Shown in pieces: positions 40,340 to 48,350 of a DNA stretch of 64,000 bases. Position 1 is the first letter of the stretch, and each line of letters starts with the position of its first letter. The position numbers and the translations under genes were made by a program. The notes under the pieces were generated by a model, which saw only the letters and a list, made by a program, of their open reading frames with translations, made no database searches and was not told where the DNA came from. This DNA comes from Candidatus Adlerbacteria bacterium. GTDB taxonomy: Bacteria; Patescibacteriota; Minisyncoccia; Phycocordibacterales; SBAW01. Where the stretch lies: positions 11,289 to 75,288 of the forward strand of contig CAINNF010000007.1 in NCBI GenBank assembly GCA_903851045.1, in the 5' to 3' direction.

Positions 40340-40462
40340 TTAGCGCCCCCTTTTAAATGCTTCGTCGATGGCGGCGACAAGGATATGTGCGAAGACGCGT
40401 GCAGCAGCGTCCCGCTGCGCGCTTATATCGACCTTTTCTCGCGTGTCCTTCCCACCTGTCAT
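40340..40462 (-). CDS. Small hypothetical protein (40 aa)
   Basis: Hand translation MTGGKDTREKVDISAQRDAAARVFAHILVAAIDEAFKRGR; co-oriented and fills the gap. Confidence 0.4.
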   Translation of the reverse strand: MTGGKDTREKVDISAQRDAAARVFAHILVAAIDEAFKRGR

Positions 40463-40534
40463 CGTGGTGGTAAGCGTAAAAGAAAAGACGTCGTCCAACA
40501 GCCGACATTTTCTTAACCACGAAATGTCCCTTGC

Positions 40535-41341
40535 TTATTTTTTGATATTTTTAATGTGTCTCTGTAGGGCTTTTTTGGTTGTGTCTGGATTTTTTGGCAC
40601 AGCATAGCCGAGTTTTTTAAGTCCACTATCTATGTCCAGAAAATCTTCGATCTCTATACCTCTTTGCGAGAGAAACTTTTTTGCATTTTGTTGATTAATA
40701 ATGCCCGATACCCTGAGAACGCCTAATTTACTTAGCTCAATAAGCTTTTCGTTTCGAACTGACTGTGTTCTGGTTTTTATCCTCGTCTGAAAACGGGTGC
40801 GCTGCCAATCTATGTCCTGTGTCTCTATTTCACTCCAATTTTCACTCTTAAGACTAGCTTCTTTCTCATACGCAACCTGCATTTGCAAGTTTTCTATTTC
40901 ACTCCAATTTTGCTTAAGAAATGATATTGTCCTATTCAGAGTTGCTTCAGGGTAGATGTACAAAATTGAAGCATCCGCCTTTTGATCTAGAGCACATCCC
41001 ACAGTTTTTTCAATTCCTGTAAATCTCCAATTATCGCTTGGCATATGCTGACCAAAAATTACATACGCTCGGACAATATCCTCTAGGTGATGTCCTAACT
41101 CATGTTTTCGCAAAATATCTGCAACCCCCGTTTCAACAACTTGTTCAGATCCTCCCGGTACATGATTCAGCCAGTTGAAGAAGTACTCGTTCTCGTCCTT
41201 TTTGAGTAGTTTTTCAACGTTTAGCCCGTCAGCGTCGATTTTTGCTCTTTTGCGTAATTCTGCGACGTCTGTAACAAAATCTCTCCGCTCTTTGATGTGG
41301 TTGAAGTGCTCCAATATTCCCTTGTCCGTTCGCCAACTCAT
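40535..41341 (-). CDS. Hypothetical island protein
   Basis: 268-aa ORF; internal duplication NWSEIE; basic C-terminus. Confidence 0.7.
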   Translation of the reverse strand: MSWRTDKGILEHFNHIKERRDFVTDVAELRKRAKIDADGLNVEKLLKKDENEYFFNWLNHVPGGSEQVVETGVADILRKHELGHHLEDIVRAYVIFGQHMPSDNWRFTGIEKTVGCALDQKADASILYIYPEATLNRTISFLKQNWSEIENLQMQVAYEKEASLKSENWSEIETQDIDWQRTRFQTRIKTRTQSVRNEKLIELSKLGVLRVSGIINQQNAKKFLSQRGIEIEDFLDIDSGLKKLGYAVPKNPDTTKKALQRHIKNIKK

Positions 41342-41419
41342 AGTGTGATATTACCAGATTTTGGTGATATACTGGCCGCGTGCGCGAGAAACAGCGTACC
41401 AAAACTGAATATTCAAGCA

Positions 41420-41561
41420 AGTAGCCTAAACCATCCTACGGGGTGGCATGGCGAAAGCGAGAGAAGTCGTATAAGGCACAGAGAACCCTCACGGGTTGCC
41501 TTATACGCCGTACCGGGAAACTGGTACGAGGAGCCTCGGCTCCTACCGTGGGGGCTTTTTG
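41420..41561 (+). ncRNA. Candidate structured cis-regulatory RNA
   Basis: Consecutive hairpins with UACG and GAAA tetraloops, a CCUAAA/CAUGG receptor-like internal loop, and a terminator-like stem just before ATG 41563. Confidence 0.5.
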
Positions 41562-41562
41562 T

Positions 41563-42159
41563 ATGAATATCCAAAGCTATATAAAATACCACTTGCTCGA
41601 AACCGAGTATCTCGAAAAAGAGGTGCACTCATTTTTCCACAAAAACCATCACCTTACGCCCGAGCATTTTCTTGCAATCATCATCTGGAAGTCGAATCGC
41701 TCAAAAAAATACGTCATCAAGGGACTAAAAGAGATGCAAGAAATAGGAAGAACTGTAAAGACGATAACCGAAGAAGTGTACGATGCTGGAGAAAATCAAA
41801 ACAAAGACAGACAGGTTGAAATATTAACAGACATCTACGGCATCGGTATTCCCATAGCATCAGCGATTCTCACTATTTTGTATCCCGACAGGTTTACCAT
41901 CTATGATATTTATTTACACGAACAACTCAATGGAAATGAGTTCAAAAAATATTGCAATAACGCACCATTTTCAAAAATTATCGGTACAGACAAGAAGGAT
42001 AGGGAAAAGTATTTTAAGTTTGTCGACATTGTAAAAGAGATTGCCGAAAAAGAGACAGGGAACGATCTTCGCAAGTGCGACCGGGCTTTGTGGGGTAAGT
42101 CTTGGTACAACGGTCTTAAGCAAAGTGTGGAGAAGTCAGGTTTGGTATTTCGTGAGTAG
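41563..42159 (+). CDS. Helix-hairpin-helix (HhH-GPD-like) domain protein
   Basis: LTDIYGIGIPIASAILTILYPDRFTIYD and C-terminal LRKCDRALW. Confidence 0.6.
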   Translation: MNIQSYIKYHLLETEYLEKEVHSFFHKNHHLTPEHFLAIIIWKSNRSKKYVIKGLKEMQEIGRTVKTITEEVYDAGENQNKDRQVEILTDIYGIGIPIASAILTILYPDRFTIYDIYLHEQLNGNEFKKYCNNAPFSKIIGTDKKDREKYFKFVDIVKEIAEKETGNDLRKCDRALWGKSWYNGLKQSVEKSGLVFRE

Positions 42160-42194
42160 TAATTATTATTCGCAACGTAACAGTAAAAAACAAT

Positions 42195-43295
42195 ATGAAA
42201 AACAGCTTTTCAAAAATAGTTCCAGTCGCCGCCTTTCTTCTTCTCGTCGTTCCGCAGATAGCTTTTGCCGCGTGGTGGAATCCTATATCTTGGAGTGTGT
42301 GGGGTGCAATTGAGAGTATTTTCGTGGGAAGTCCGCAACCTGTTACCGTAGCAACAAGCACACCAGACAACACTGCAATACCTACTCTTACAAACGCAGG
42401 GAGCAACAAAGACACGCAGATACTACCCACTCGAACAACAAAGAGTGCAGGTACTTCAATTCGAGCAACGCAACCGAAGCAAACGGCTATATCTGCAACA
42501 ACACAGACATCAGTAATTCCTACCCAACCGCAAGCACCTGTTGTCTCTAGCCAGCAGCTACAGACCGCTATTGCCAACTATCAGGCGCAAACAGCTCTCA
42601 ACTACCTGCAAACAATGATTCCACAGTTGCTAGTCATTGCTGGATCCGAACAGTCCGAGTTTAACGACCTTAGCCAATCAAAAAATCAATCGAGACAAAA
42701 TTGTCAGCAGATGGCGCAACAGGCAGCAACAGCAATTACAAACACTTATCAGCAAAGTACACAGAACAATACGGGTATAAACTTATCGGGGTTTGGATTC
42801 ATCCAAAATCAAACACAAACATTGCAGCAAGAAATGCAACAGCAAGAGCAAGCTGCACTCGCAAGCAATCAATCACAAGAAAATCTCTGCCTGTCTCAAT
42901 TCCCAGAAGGATCCGATGACTCCGTATTGCAGCAACTCACACAGGTTGTGAATCAACTCAATACACTATCGCAACAGGTGCAAAACAATCCAACCTCTGT
43001 GTCAGATATTGCCTCTCTCGTGCAGCAGTACAATTCTCTAGAGTCGCAAGTGATACATCTCAATGGTGAGCTTCCCACTCCAGTGTTGCCCATTTCTTTC
43101 CCAACGCAAGCATCCGCGCCAACCGTAGGCAATGTCAATTGTAGCTTGTCTGGCAGTAGTTTTACGTGCATAGGACCGAATACAAATACAGACTGCGCAA
43201 TCAGCGGATCCTCCGTAAATTGCATAGGAGCGAGAGCTGGTCAAAATATGTCCTGCACAGGTGTTGGCGGCTCTCTCAATTGTGTCTCCTATTAG
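42195..43295 (+). CDS. Secreted protein with Gln-rich coiled coil and Cys-repeat C-terminus
   Basis: Signal peptide AFA followed by AWWNP; three C-x8-C units at the C-terminus. Confidence 0.75.
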   Translation: MKNSFSKIVPVAAFLLLVVPQIAFAAWWNPISWSVWGAIESIFVGSPQPVTVATSTPDNTAIPTLTNAGSNKDTQILPTRTTKSAGTSIRATQPKQTAISATTQTSVIPTQPQAPVVSSQQLQTAIANYQAQTALNYLQTMIPQLLVIAGSEQSEFNDLSQSKNQSRQNCQQMAQQAATAITNTYQQSTQNNTGINLSGFGFIQNQTQTLQQEMQQQEQAALASNQSQENLCLSQFPEGSDDSVLQQLTQVVNQLNTLSQQVQNNPTSVSDIASLVQQYNSLESQVIHLNGELPTPVLPISFPTQASAPTVGNVNCSLSGSSFTCIGPNTNTDCAISGSSVNCIGARAGQNMSCTGVGGSLNCVSY

Positions 43296-43318
43296 TTGTG
43301 TACTGTTGGTAACTCATA

Positions 43319-43825
43319 ATGCACAAGAAACTTATCACCGAGCGAATCGCACGACTGGGTAAACTCCTGTATAGGGTAGTGTGCATTTGTTTGATGCTTT
43401 TTGGTGCGTGTGGCGTGATAGGACTTTTGCTCGACCTTGTCCCACCCGCTCCACCCTCTCCAGAACAGCAGGAACAGCAAAAGATAGCAGCCGCTGCCGA
43501 AGCATCGAGTACGACCATACTAGAAGCAACAAACAGAAAGGTGCGCATGGCTGCTAGCGAACTTCTCACCCTCCGTTGCCCGGGAGACTACGAAGACGTA
43601 AACGAAAGAGCAAAAGCATTATTTGCTTTCACCAACGACTTCTACGCCGAGAATCCGCAAGCAAGTGGTGACGATTATGCCACCGCGCGCATAGACTTCT
43701 ACATTACGCATCGGTGCTACGATAGTTTGCAGGACTATGGTTATGGGCTAGATGGTCCAATTACTCCGCAGATACGCCAGCAGCTTATTGAAACAATGCG
43801 GGCAGACGTAGAGAGTGGCAACTAG
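43319..43825 (+). CDS. Membrane-anchored hypothetical protein
   Basis: 168 aa with an N-terminal TM helix. Confidence 0.65.
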   Translation: MHKKLITERIARLGKLLYRVVCICLMLFGACGVIGLLLDLVPPAPPSPEQQEQQKIAAAAEASSTTILEATNRKVRMAASELLTLRCPGDYEDVNERAKALFAFTNDFYAENPQASGDDYATARIDFYITHRCYDSLQDYGYGLDGPITPQIRQQLIETMRADVESGN

Positions 43826-43990
43826 TGCATTCCGCTAGTTGCTCTTTGCACACAGGCGTTTAGGCGGCAAGAACGCGGCATTACGCGCTGTGGAGCGGTA
43901 CGAGGAACAGTGATAATGTTACTGTAGCAGATAACTTAAAAAGATGTTTTGCAGATTCATTTACTTTGTTATTAACAATAGTTTTCTGAT

Positions 43991-44686
43991 ATGAAAGATA
44001 AAGACAAAATAATTGCAAAACAAGCAGGAACCACTGCTATTCTGGCAGCCGCGACTGCGGTTGATAGTACACAGTTTGCAGGGTATCCGCTTTTAAACAC
44101 AGCCGTATCACTTTTCCTTAGTCTGTACGGTGCGGCAGCGGAATTGCGCTCTAATCGAGCGATTGAATTTATCCAGTTTATACAAGAAAATCCAGGTGCG
44201 TTTGTTGCTGATTTTGTTAAAACGAGCGAGTTCCAAGATTCTTTTGTATATACGCTTGAAAAGTATATTCGTGAACGTAATAATAAAAAAAGAGACACGA
44301 TCAAAAAAATATTTTTAGGATACGCGGATTCAAACGATAAGGAGAGTTTCGAGCTTGAGAGAATGATTAACACTCTATCGCTGATGAGTTTTGATGGTAT
44401 ACGATTGTTGATTACTCTAAAACCATTACTCGAAAAAGCGAATAAGAATCAGTCTCTTTCAGAATATTTATTGGAGTACTTAGTCCAAGATTCGAATAAC
44501 CATCCCGACAAGTATAAACTGCCTGCAAATACAAATATTCGGGAGATTTGGGCAGATGCTGAGACTGATTTAATTAGTATTGGTTTGTTGCGTACATATA
44601 ATATTCCTCGCTACGACGGTTCGCGTTATCACGACTATGATGTTACAAGATTTGGTGAGGAGTTTATGAAATACATAGCAAACTAA
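43991..44686 (+). CDS. Hypothetical protein (Abi-alpha/DUF4393-like architecture possible)
   Basis: AT-rich; ends LISIGLL...VTRFGEEFMKYI, a wHTH-like tail. Confidence 0.6.
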   Translation: MKDKDKIIAKQAGTTAILAAATAVDSTQFAGYPLLNTAVSLFLSLYGAAAELRSNRAIEFIQFIQENPGAFVADFVKTSEFQDSFVYTLEKYIRERNNKKRDTIKKIFLGYADSNDKESFELERMINTLSLMSFDGIRLLITLKPLLEKANKNQSLSEYLLEYLVQDSNNHPDKYKLPANTNIREIWADAETDLISIGLLRTYNIPRYDGSRYHDYDVTRFGEEFMKYIAN

Positions 44687-44843
44687 TACTCCAGAATTAA
44701 AAGCAATTTTTATACTGTCTTGGACTGCTCCGCTCGCACGAGCATGCCAATAAAACCCACCTGTTGAGCTAGTTTTTGCATGTATGTCCTGTCCGACAAA
44801 AGGTTTATAATTATGTTATATTCGGGGGACCAAAGATGATAGA

Positions 44844-45317
44844 TTAGCGACCTTTGTGTGTGAGTGCGAACAGGGCGATGCCTGCGGTGACGGAGACGTT
44901 GAGCGACTCTTTTTTTCCATGCATGGGGATCTCGAGGATTACGTCGCATTTTTTGAGGAGTGGTTGAGAGATACCCCTGACTTCGTTGCCGAGCAGTACT
45001 GCGAGTGGCTGGTCGGTTGGTGGATGCCACTCGAACAAGGGGGTAGAGTGCTCGTCCTGCTCTATCGCTACCAGTAGGTACTTTTCTTTCCGTACTCTTG
45101 TGAGAGTCGCTCCGAGCGTTTTTACATATCTCCACGGCATCGTCTTCTCTGCGCCGAGCGCCACCTTGGCGAGATCTTTTCGTGGCTGGTTGAACCTGTC
45201 CAGAGGTGTCGGCGTGTAACCAGAGAGGATGATCTCGGACACGCCAGCAGCGTCAGCTGTGCGGAATATTGAGCCAACGTTATGCACGCTCCGGATATTG
45301 TGGAGGATGAGCAGCAT
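44844..45317 (-). CDS. TrmH/SpoU family RNA methyltransferase
   Basis: HNIRSVHNVGSIFRTADA, LGNEVRGI, IPMHGKKESLNVSV. Confidence 0.93.
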   Translation of the reverse strand: MLLILHNIRSVHNVGSIFRTADAAGVSEIILSGYTPTPLDRFNQPRKDLAKVALGAEKTMPWRYVKTLGATLTRVRKEKYLLVAIEQDEHSTPLFEWHPPTDQPLAVLLGNEVRGISQPLLKKCDVILEIPMHGKKESLNVSVTAGIALFALTHKGR

Positions 45318-45719
45318 CTACAGCCGAATATCGAACCCAAGCGCGCCAGCCCCGAGGAACAGAAGCGCCGCGCACATTACTGTGAGCAGGATGTTGGTCG
45401 AGCGGCCAAACGGCGTGAGCGAACCAAAGCGCTTCATGATGAACGTGTGCTTGAGAGCGATGATACCGCCAACTATCGCCGCCCACTGTGTGTACAGACC
45501 AACGAACAAAAAGAACGCAGTGAGAAGAGTGATGCTTGCGGACATCTGCACCATCCATCGTTTTGGCTTACCAATGATAGGAAACAGAGCCTCTTCTATG
45601 TTCGTACTGTGTCGAAACAGGTGCTGTGCGATAAAAATGAAGTAGATCGCAACGACCATGCGCAACACGGTCGGCACGAAGAAACTGTAATCAAGCAGGT
45701 GGGGAAATGGGTTCAGCAT
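45318..45719 (-). CDS. DoxX-like membrane protein
   Basis: LRMVV...GLYTQWAA...LGAGALGFD. Confidence 0.75.
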   Translation of the reverse strand: MLNPFPHLLDYSFFVPTVLRMVVAIYFIFIAQHLFRHSTNIEEALFPIIGKPKRWMVQMSASITLLTAFFLFVGLYTQWAAIVGGIIALKHTFIMKRFGSLTPFGRSTNILLTVMCAALLFLGAGALGFDIRL

Positions 45720-45724
45720 ATGGG

Positions 45725-46015
45725 TTAGTATGGGCTAGTGGAGCTGGTAGGGGAGGCGACCTGAAGCGGGTGCGGATCGACCGTGTATGTGTGCTGCAGC
45801 TGCTGCGAAGCGTACGAACCGCTGTTTTGGGTATAGGCGGTGGTCTCTGAGGTTGTGGCGTGGAAGTTGACCGGGGGCTGGACGAAGAGACTCTTGATGT
45901 TCAGGTCCTTCAATCTACCCTGTTGCCACAACAGGAGAAAACATCCTCCGATGATCAGAACTAACAATAAGACGCCCTCCCATGGGTTTACGGGTGCTGG
46001 TTTGTCCTCTGCCAT
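45725..46015 (-). CDS. Small membrane protein
   Basis: One TM helix; operonic spacing. Confidence 0.6.
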   Translation of the reverse strand: MAEDKPAPVNPWEGVLLLVLIIGGCFLLLWQQGRLKDLNIKSLFVQPPVNFHATTSETTAYTQNSGSYASQQLQHTYTVDPHPLQVASPTSSTSPY

Positions 46016-46038
46016 GGCTCTATACTACCGCACATTTT

Positions 46039-47298
46039 TTATTTGTGTGAGTCTCGAAGTTTGTGTAGTTCTTCGGTCGCGACCTGTTTGTCGCTCCACA
46101 CCTCCTTCGAACCGTTCGGTCCCATGATGTACGGGTCGGTGCCTTTGCCCGTGATCAAGACGACCACGTCGTAGCCCTCGTCGCGAAGGGTGTGGGCACT
46201 ACTGAGCGCCTCCGCGATAGCTTTTCGTCGATGAAAAATGATCTGTGGTGTATGGATAGTAAAACCACGGGCGAGTTCGTTCAATATCTTTTGCGGATCT
46301 TCGTCATAGGGGTCTTCGTTGGCGAGGATGATGGTGTCGCACAGCTGGTCGGCTATCTTGCCCATCTCGGGACGCTTCCACGTGTCGCGCCCGCCGCCCG
46401 TAGAACCCATGACCACGATGATCCTCTTGCTCTTGTATGTCTCGAACAGGGCTTTGAGCGAGTCGGGGGTGTGCGCGTAGTCGACGACGACCGCGAAGTC
46501 TTGTCCCGCTTCGACTCGCTCCGCACGGCCCAGTATCGGCTGCACATGTTCCAGCGACTTCTTGATGGTCTGCATATCGATACCCATGGCGACGCCAAGC
46601 GCTATAGTGCCGAGTATGTTGCGCAAATTGAACAGTCCTGGCAGAGGAATGGTACAGAGCTCTCCTTTTTTGTATACAAAGCGTACGCCAGTATCGTCCA
46701 CCGTGTACGGGTCCGCGTCGGCCAACTGGAAGGGCACCTTCACTTCGACGTTCGTTTTGAGAAACTCCTCGCCGTACACATCGTCCATGTTCGCGACAAT
46801 GATACGCGGCCGTTTCGGTGACTCCGCAAGACCGTGAGCGAGCGAAAGTTTCGCTTGTGCGTACGCCTCTAGTGACCCATGTGACTCGAGGTGTTCGGGT
46901 TGGAGATTGGTGAAGAGGAGCGCATCGAGTTCGATACCTCTGTGGCGGAATTGCTTCGCACCCTCGGACGTCATCTCGATGATGACATGCGTACACTTCG
47001 CATCGAGCGCGCGGCGCATAAATTGCTGCAAATAGGCGCGCCCCGGCATCGTCATCTTAAAAAGATTCGGTTCAATCTCGTCTCCGATACGGAAGTGGAT
47101 GGTGGATGCGAGCGCGACCTTGTACCCCGCGCCCGCGAGCATGGTGCGCACGAGTTCGGACGTGGTCGATTTGCCCTTGGTGCCGGTAATACCAATGACG
47201 AACAATGCGTGCGACGGGTTGCCATAGAATTTCGCACCCAGCAGCGCGAACCATAGGTGGTAGAGGCTCAACAATTTTTTCGGAATGAATCTTCTCAT
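46039..47298 (-). CDS. murE: Mur ligase, MurE-like
   Basis: GITGTKGKSTT, EMTSEG, FTNLQPEHLESH, GRAE, VDYAHTPDSL, GGRDTWKRPEMG. Confidence 0.88.
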   Translation of the reverse strand: MRRFIPKKLLSLYHLWFALLGAKFYGNPSHALFVIGITGTKGKSTTSELVRTMLAGAGYKVALASTIHFRIGDEIEPNLFKMTMPGRAYLQQFMRRALDAKCTHVIIEMTSEGAKQFRHRGIELDALLFTNLQPEHLESHGSLEAYAQAKLSLAHGLAESPKRPRIIVANMDDVYGEEFLKTNVEVKVPFQLADADPYTVDDTGVRFVYKKGELCTIPLPGLFNLRNILGTIALGVAMGIDMQTIKKSLEHVQPILGRAERVEAGQDFAVVVDYAHTPDSLKALFETYKSKRIIVVMGSTGGGRDTWKRPEMGKIADQLCDTIILANEDPYDEDPQKILNELARGFTIHTPQIIFHRRKAIAEALSSAHTLRDEGYDVVVLITGKGTDPYIMGPNGSKEVWSDKQVATEELHKLRDSHK

Positions 47299-47307
47299 GG
47301 TGTGTGG

Positions 47308-47907
47308 TTAGGAGGTGGTGGTGTGTGTGCCGAGGAAGCGTAGTGCGGCCGAAAGTCGCTCGCGGGTGCCGCGGGTGGTGGGTGGGATCTCCTTGAGTAT
47401 CCGGCGACTCTCCTCGGCGCGATAGCCTAAAGCCATGAGCGCCTCGATGACATCGGAGTCGTCTTCGGCGCGAGGCCCTGCGCCCGCGGCTGGCACCTCG
47501 AGTTTAATTTTATCGCGCAGCTCGACCACCAGTCGTTCGGCACTCTTCTTGCCAATGCCAAAAACTTTGATGAGTGTTACCGAGTCGCTCTGGGCGATGG
47601 CGCGCTTCAGCGACGACACTTCGGCGACGCTCATGATGCCCAGCGCCGTCTTGGGACCGACCCCTGAGACGCTCATGAGCTGTTTGAAGAATGCCAGCTC
47701 TTCTTCGGAAGGAAAGCCGTAGAGGTCGATAGCATCCTCGCGCACCGCCGTGTGGATATACAGCGACACCCGACCCCCCACAATCTCCGAAAGTGCGGCC
47801 AAAGTGAGCGAAGGGGTGCGCACGGTATACCCAACCCCCGAGACATCAATAAGAGCCGACCCATCTGGCGTCGTCCCCCCAAACTCTCCCGTTAGTCGAC
47901 CTATCAT
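47308..47907 (-). CDS. ruvA: Holliday junction DNA-binding protein RuvA
   Basis: DVSGVGY, VREDAIDLYGF, VSGVGPKTA, GIGKKSAERLVVELRDK. Confidence 0.96.
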   Translation of the reverse strand: MIGRLTGEFGGTTPDGSALIDVSGVGYTVRTPSLTLAALSEIVGGRVSLYIHTAVREDAIDLYGFPSEEELAFFKQLMSVSGVGPKTALGIMSVAEVSSLKRAIAQSDSVTLIKVFGIGKKSAERLVVELRDKIKLEVPAAGAGPRAEDDSDVIEALMALGYRAEESRRILKEIPPTTRGTRERLSAALRFLGTHTTTS

Positions 47908-47981
47908 GCTGTTAATCATACATGAGGCGGCTCTAGCCCCGAAATTTGCTTTTTTGGGAAATAGTGCGTATTATGCTGGGC

Positions 47982-48281
47982 ATGGCAATTACCAAAGGAG
48001 GAAAGAAGGCGCACCGCCAGGCGCTGCGTAAGCGTGAGATGAACATTACGCGCAAGGAGGCTATCCGCTCGGCCAACAAGGTCGCTCGCACAGCCCCCAA
48101 AGGCGACACGGCAGCACTCGCTGCCGCTTATAAGGCTATAGATAAGGCGCTCAAGCGTGGCATTTTAAAGAAGAACACTGCAGCCCGCCGCAAGGCCAAG
48201 GTCGCCAAGCTTCTAAAGCCGACCACCGATGCTCCCATCGTGAAAGTCGCTCCCAAAAAGGCGGCAAAAGCAACTAAGTAA
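47982..48281 (+). CDS. rpsT: 30S ribosomal protein S20
   Basis: AYKAIDKALKRGILKKNTAARRKAKV. Confidence 0.92.
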   Translation: MAITKGGKKAHRQALRKREMNITRKEAIRSANKVARTAPKGDTAALAAAYKAIDKALKRGILKKNTAARRKAKVAKLLKPTTDAPIVKVAPKKAAKATK

Positions 48282-48313
48282 ACAACAAACCCCTCGAAAG
48301 AGGGGTTTGTTGT
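48282..48313 (+). terminator. Hairpin/terminator after rpsT
   Basis: ACAACAAACCCCTC-GAAA-GAGGGGTTTGTTGT. Confidence 0.75.
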
Positions 48314-48350
48314 GAGCGGCGCATTTTTTTATTTGATATATACTTTCAGC

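Larger units (their letters stand above)
37959..44830. mobile_element. Serine-recombinase genomic island at the tRNA-Lys 3' end (GGAC core at 37959-37962 and 44827-44830)
   Basis: Integrase abuts the tRNA; cargo is more AT-rich; joining the cores restores tRNA ...GGCGGACCA and keeps the integrase frame open; housekeeping trmH resumes at 44844. Confidence 0.8.

Noticed and set aside
41420-41460. c-di-GMP-I riboswitch (GCCTAAACC resemblance)
   Set aside because: The upstream P1 hairpin with GGCAAAC..GAAA..GACGCAAAGC is absent.
43826-43990. Integron attC site between island genes
   Set aside because: No convincing RYYYAAC/GTTRRRY pairing and no integron integrase.
44831-45135. ORF 44710..45135 as a stand-alone gene
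   Set aside because: Its 5' part is an alternate frame of trmH; only the last 38 codons are meaningful, as the putative integrase tail.
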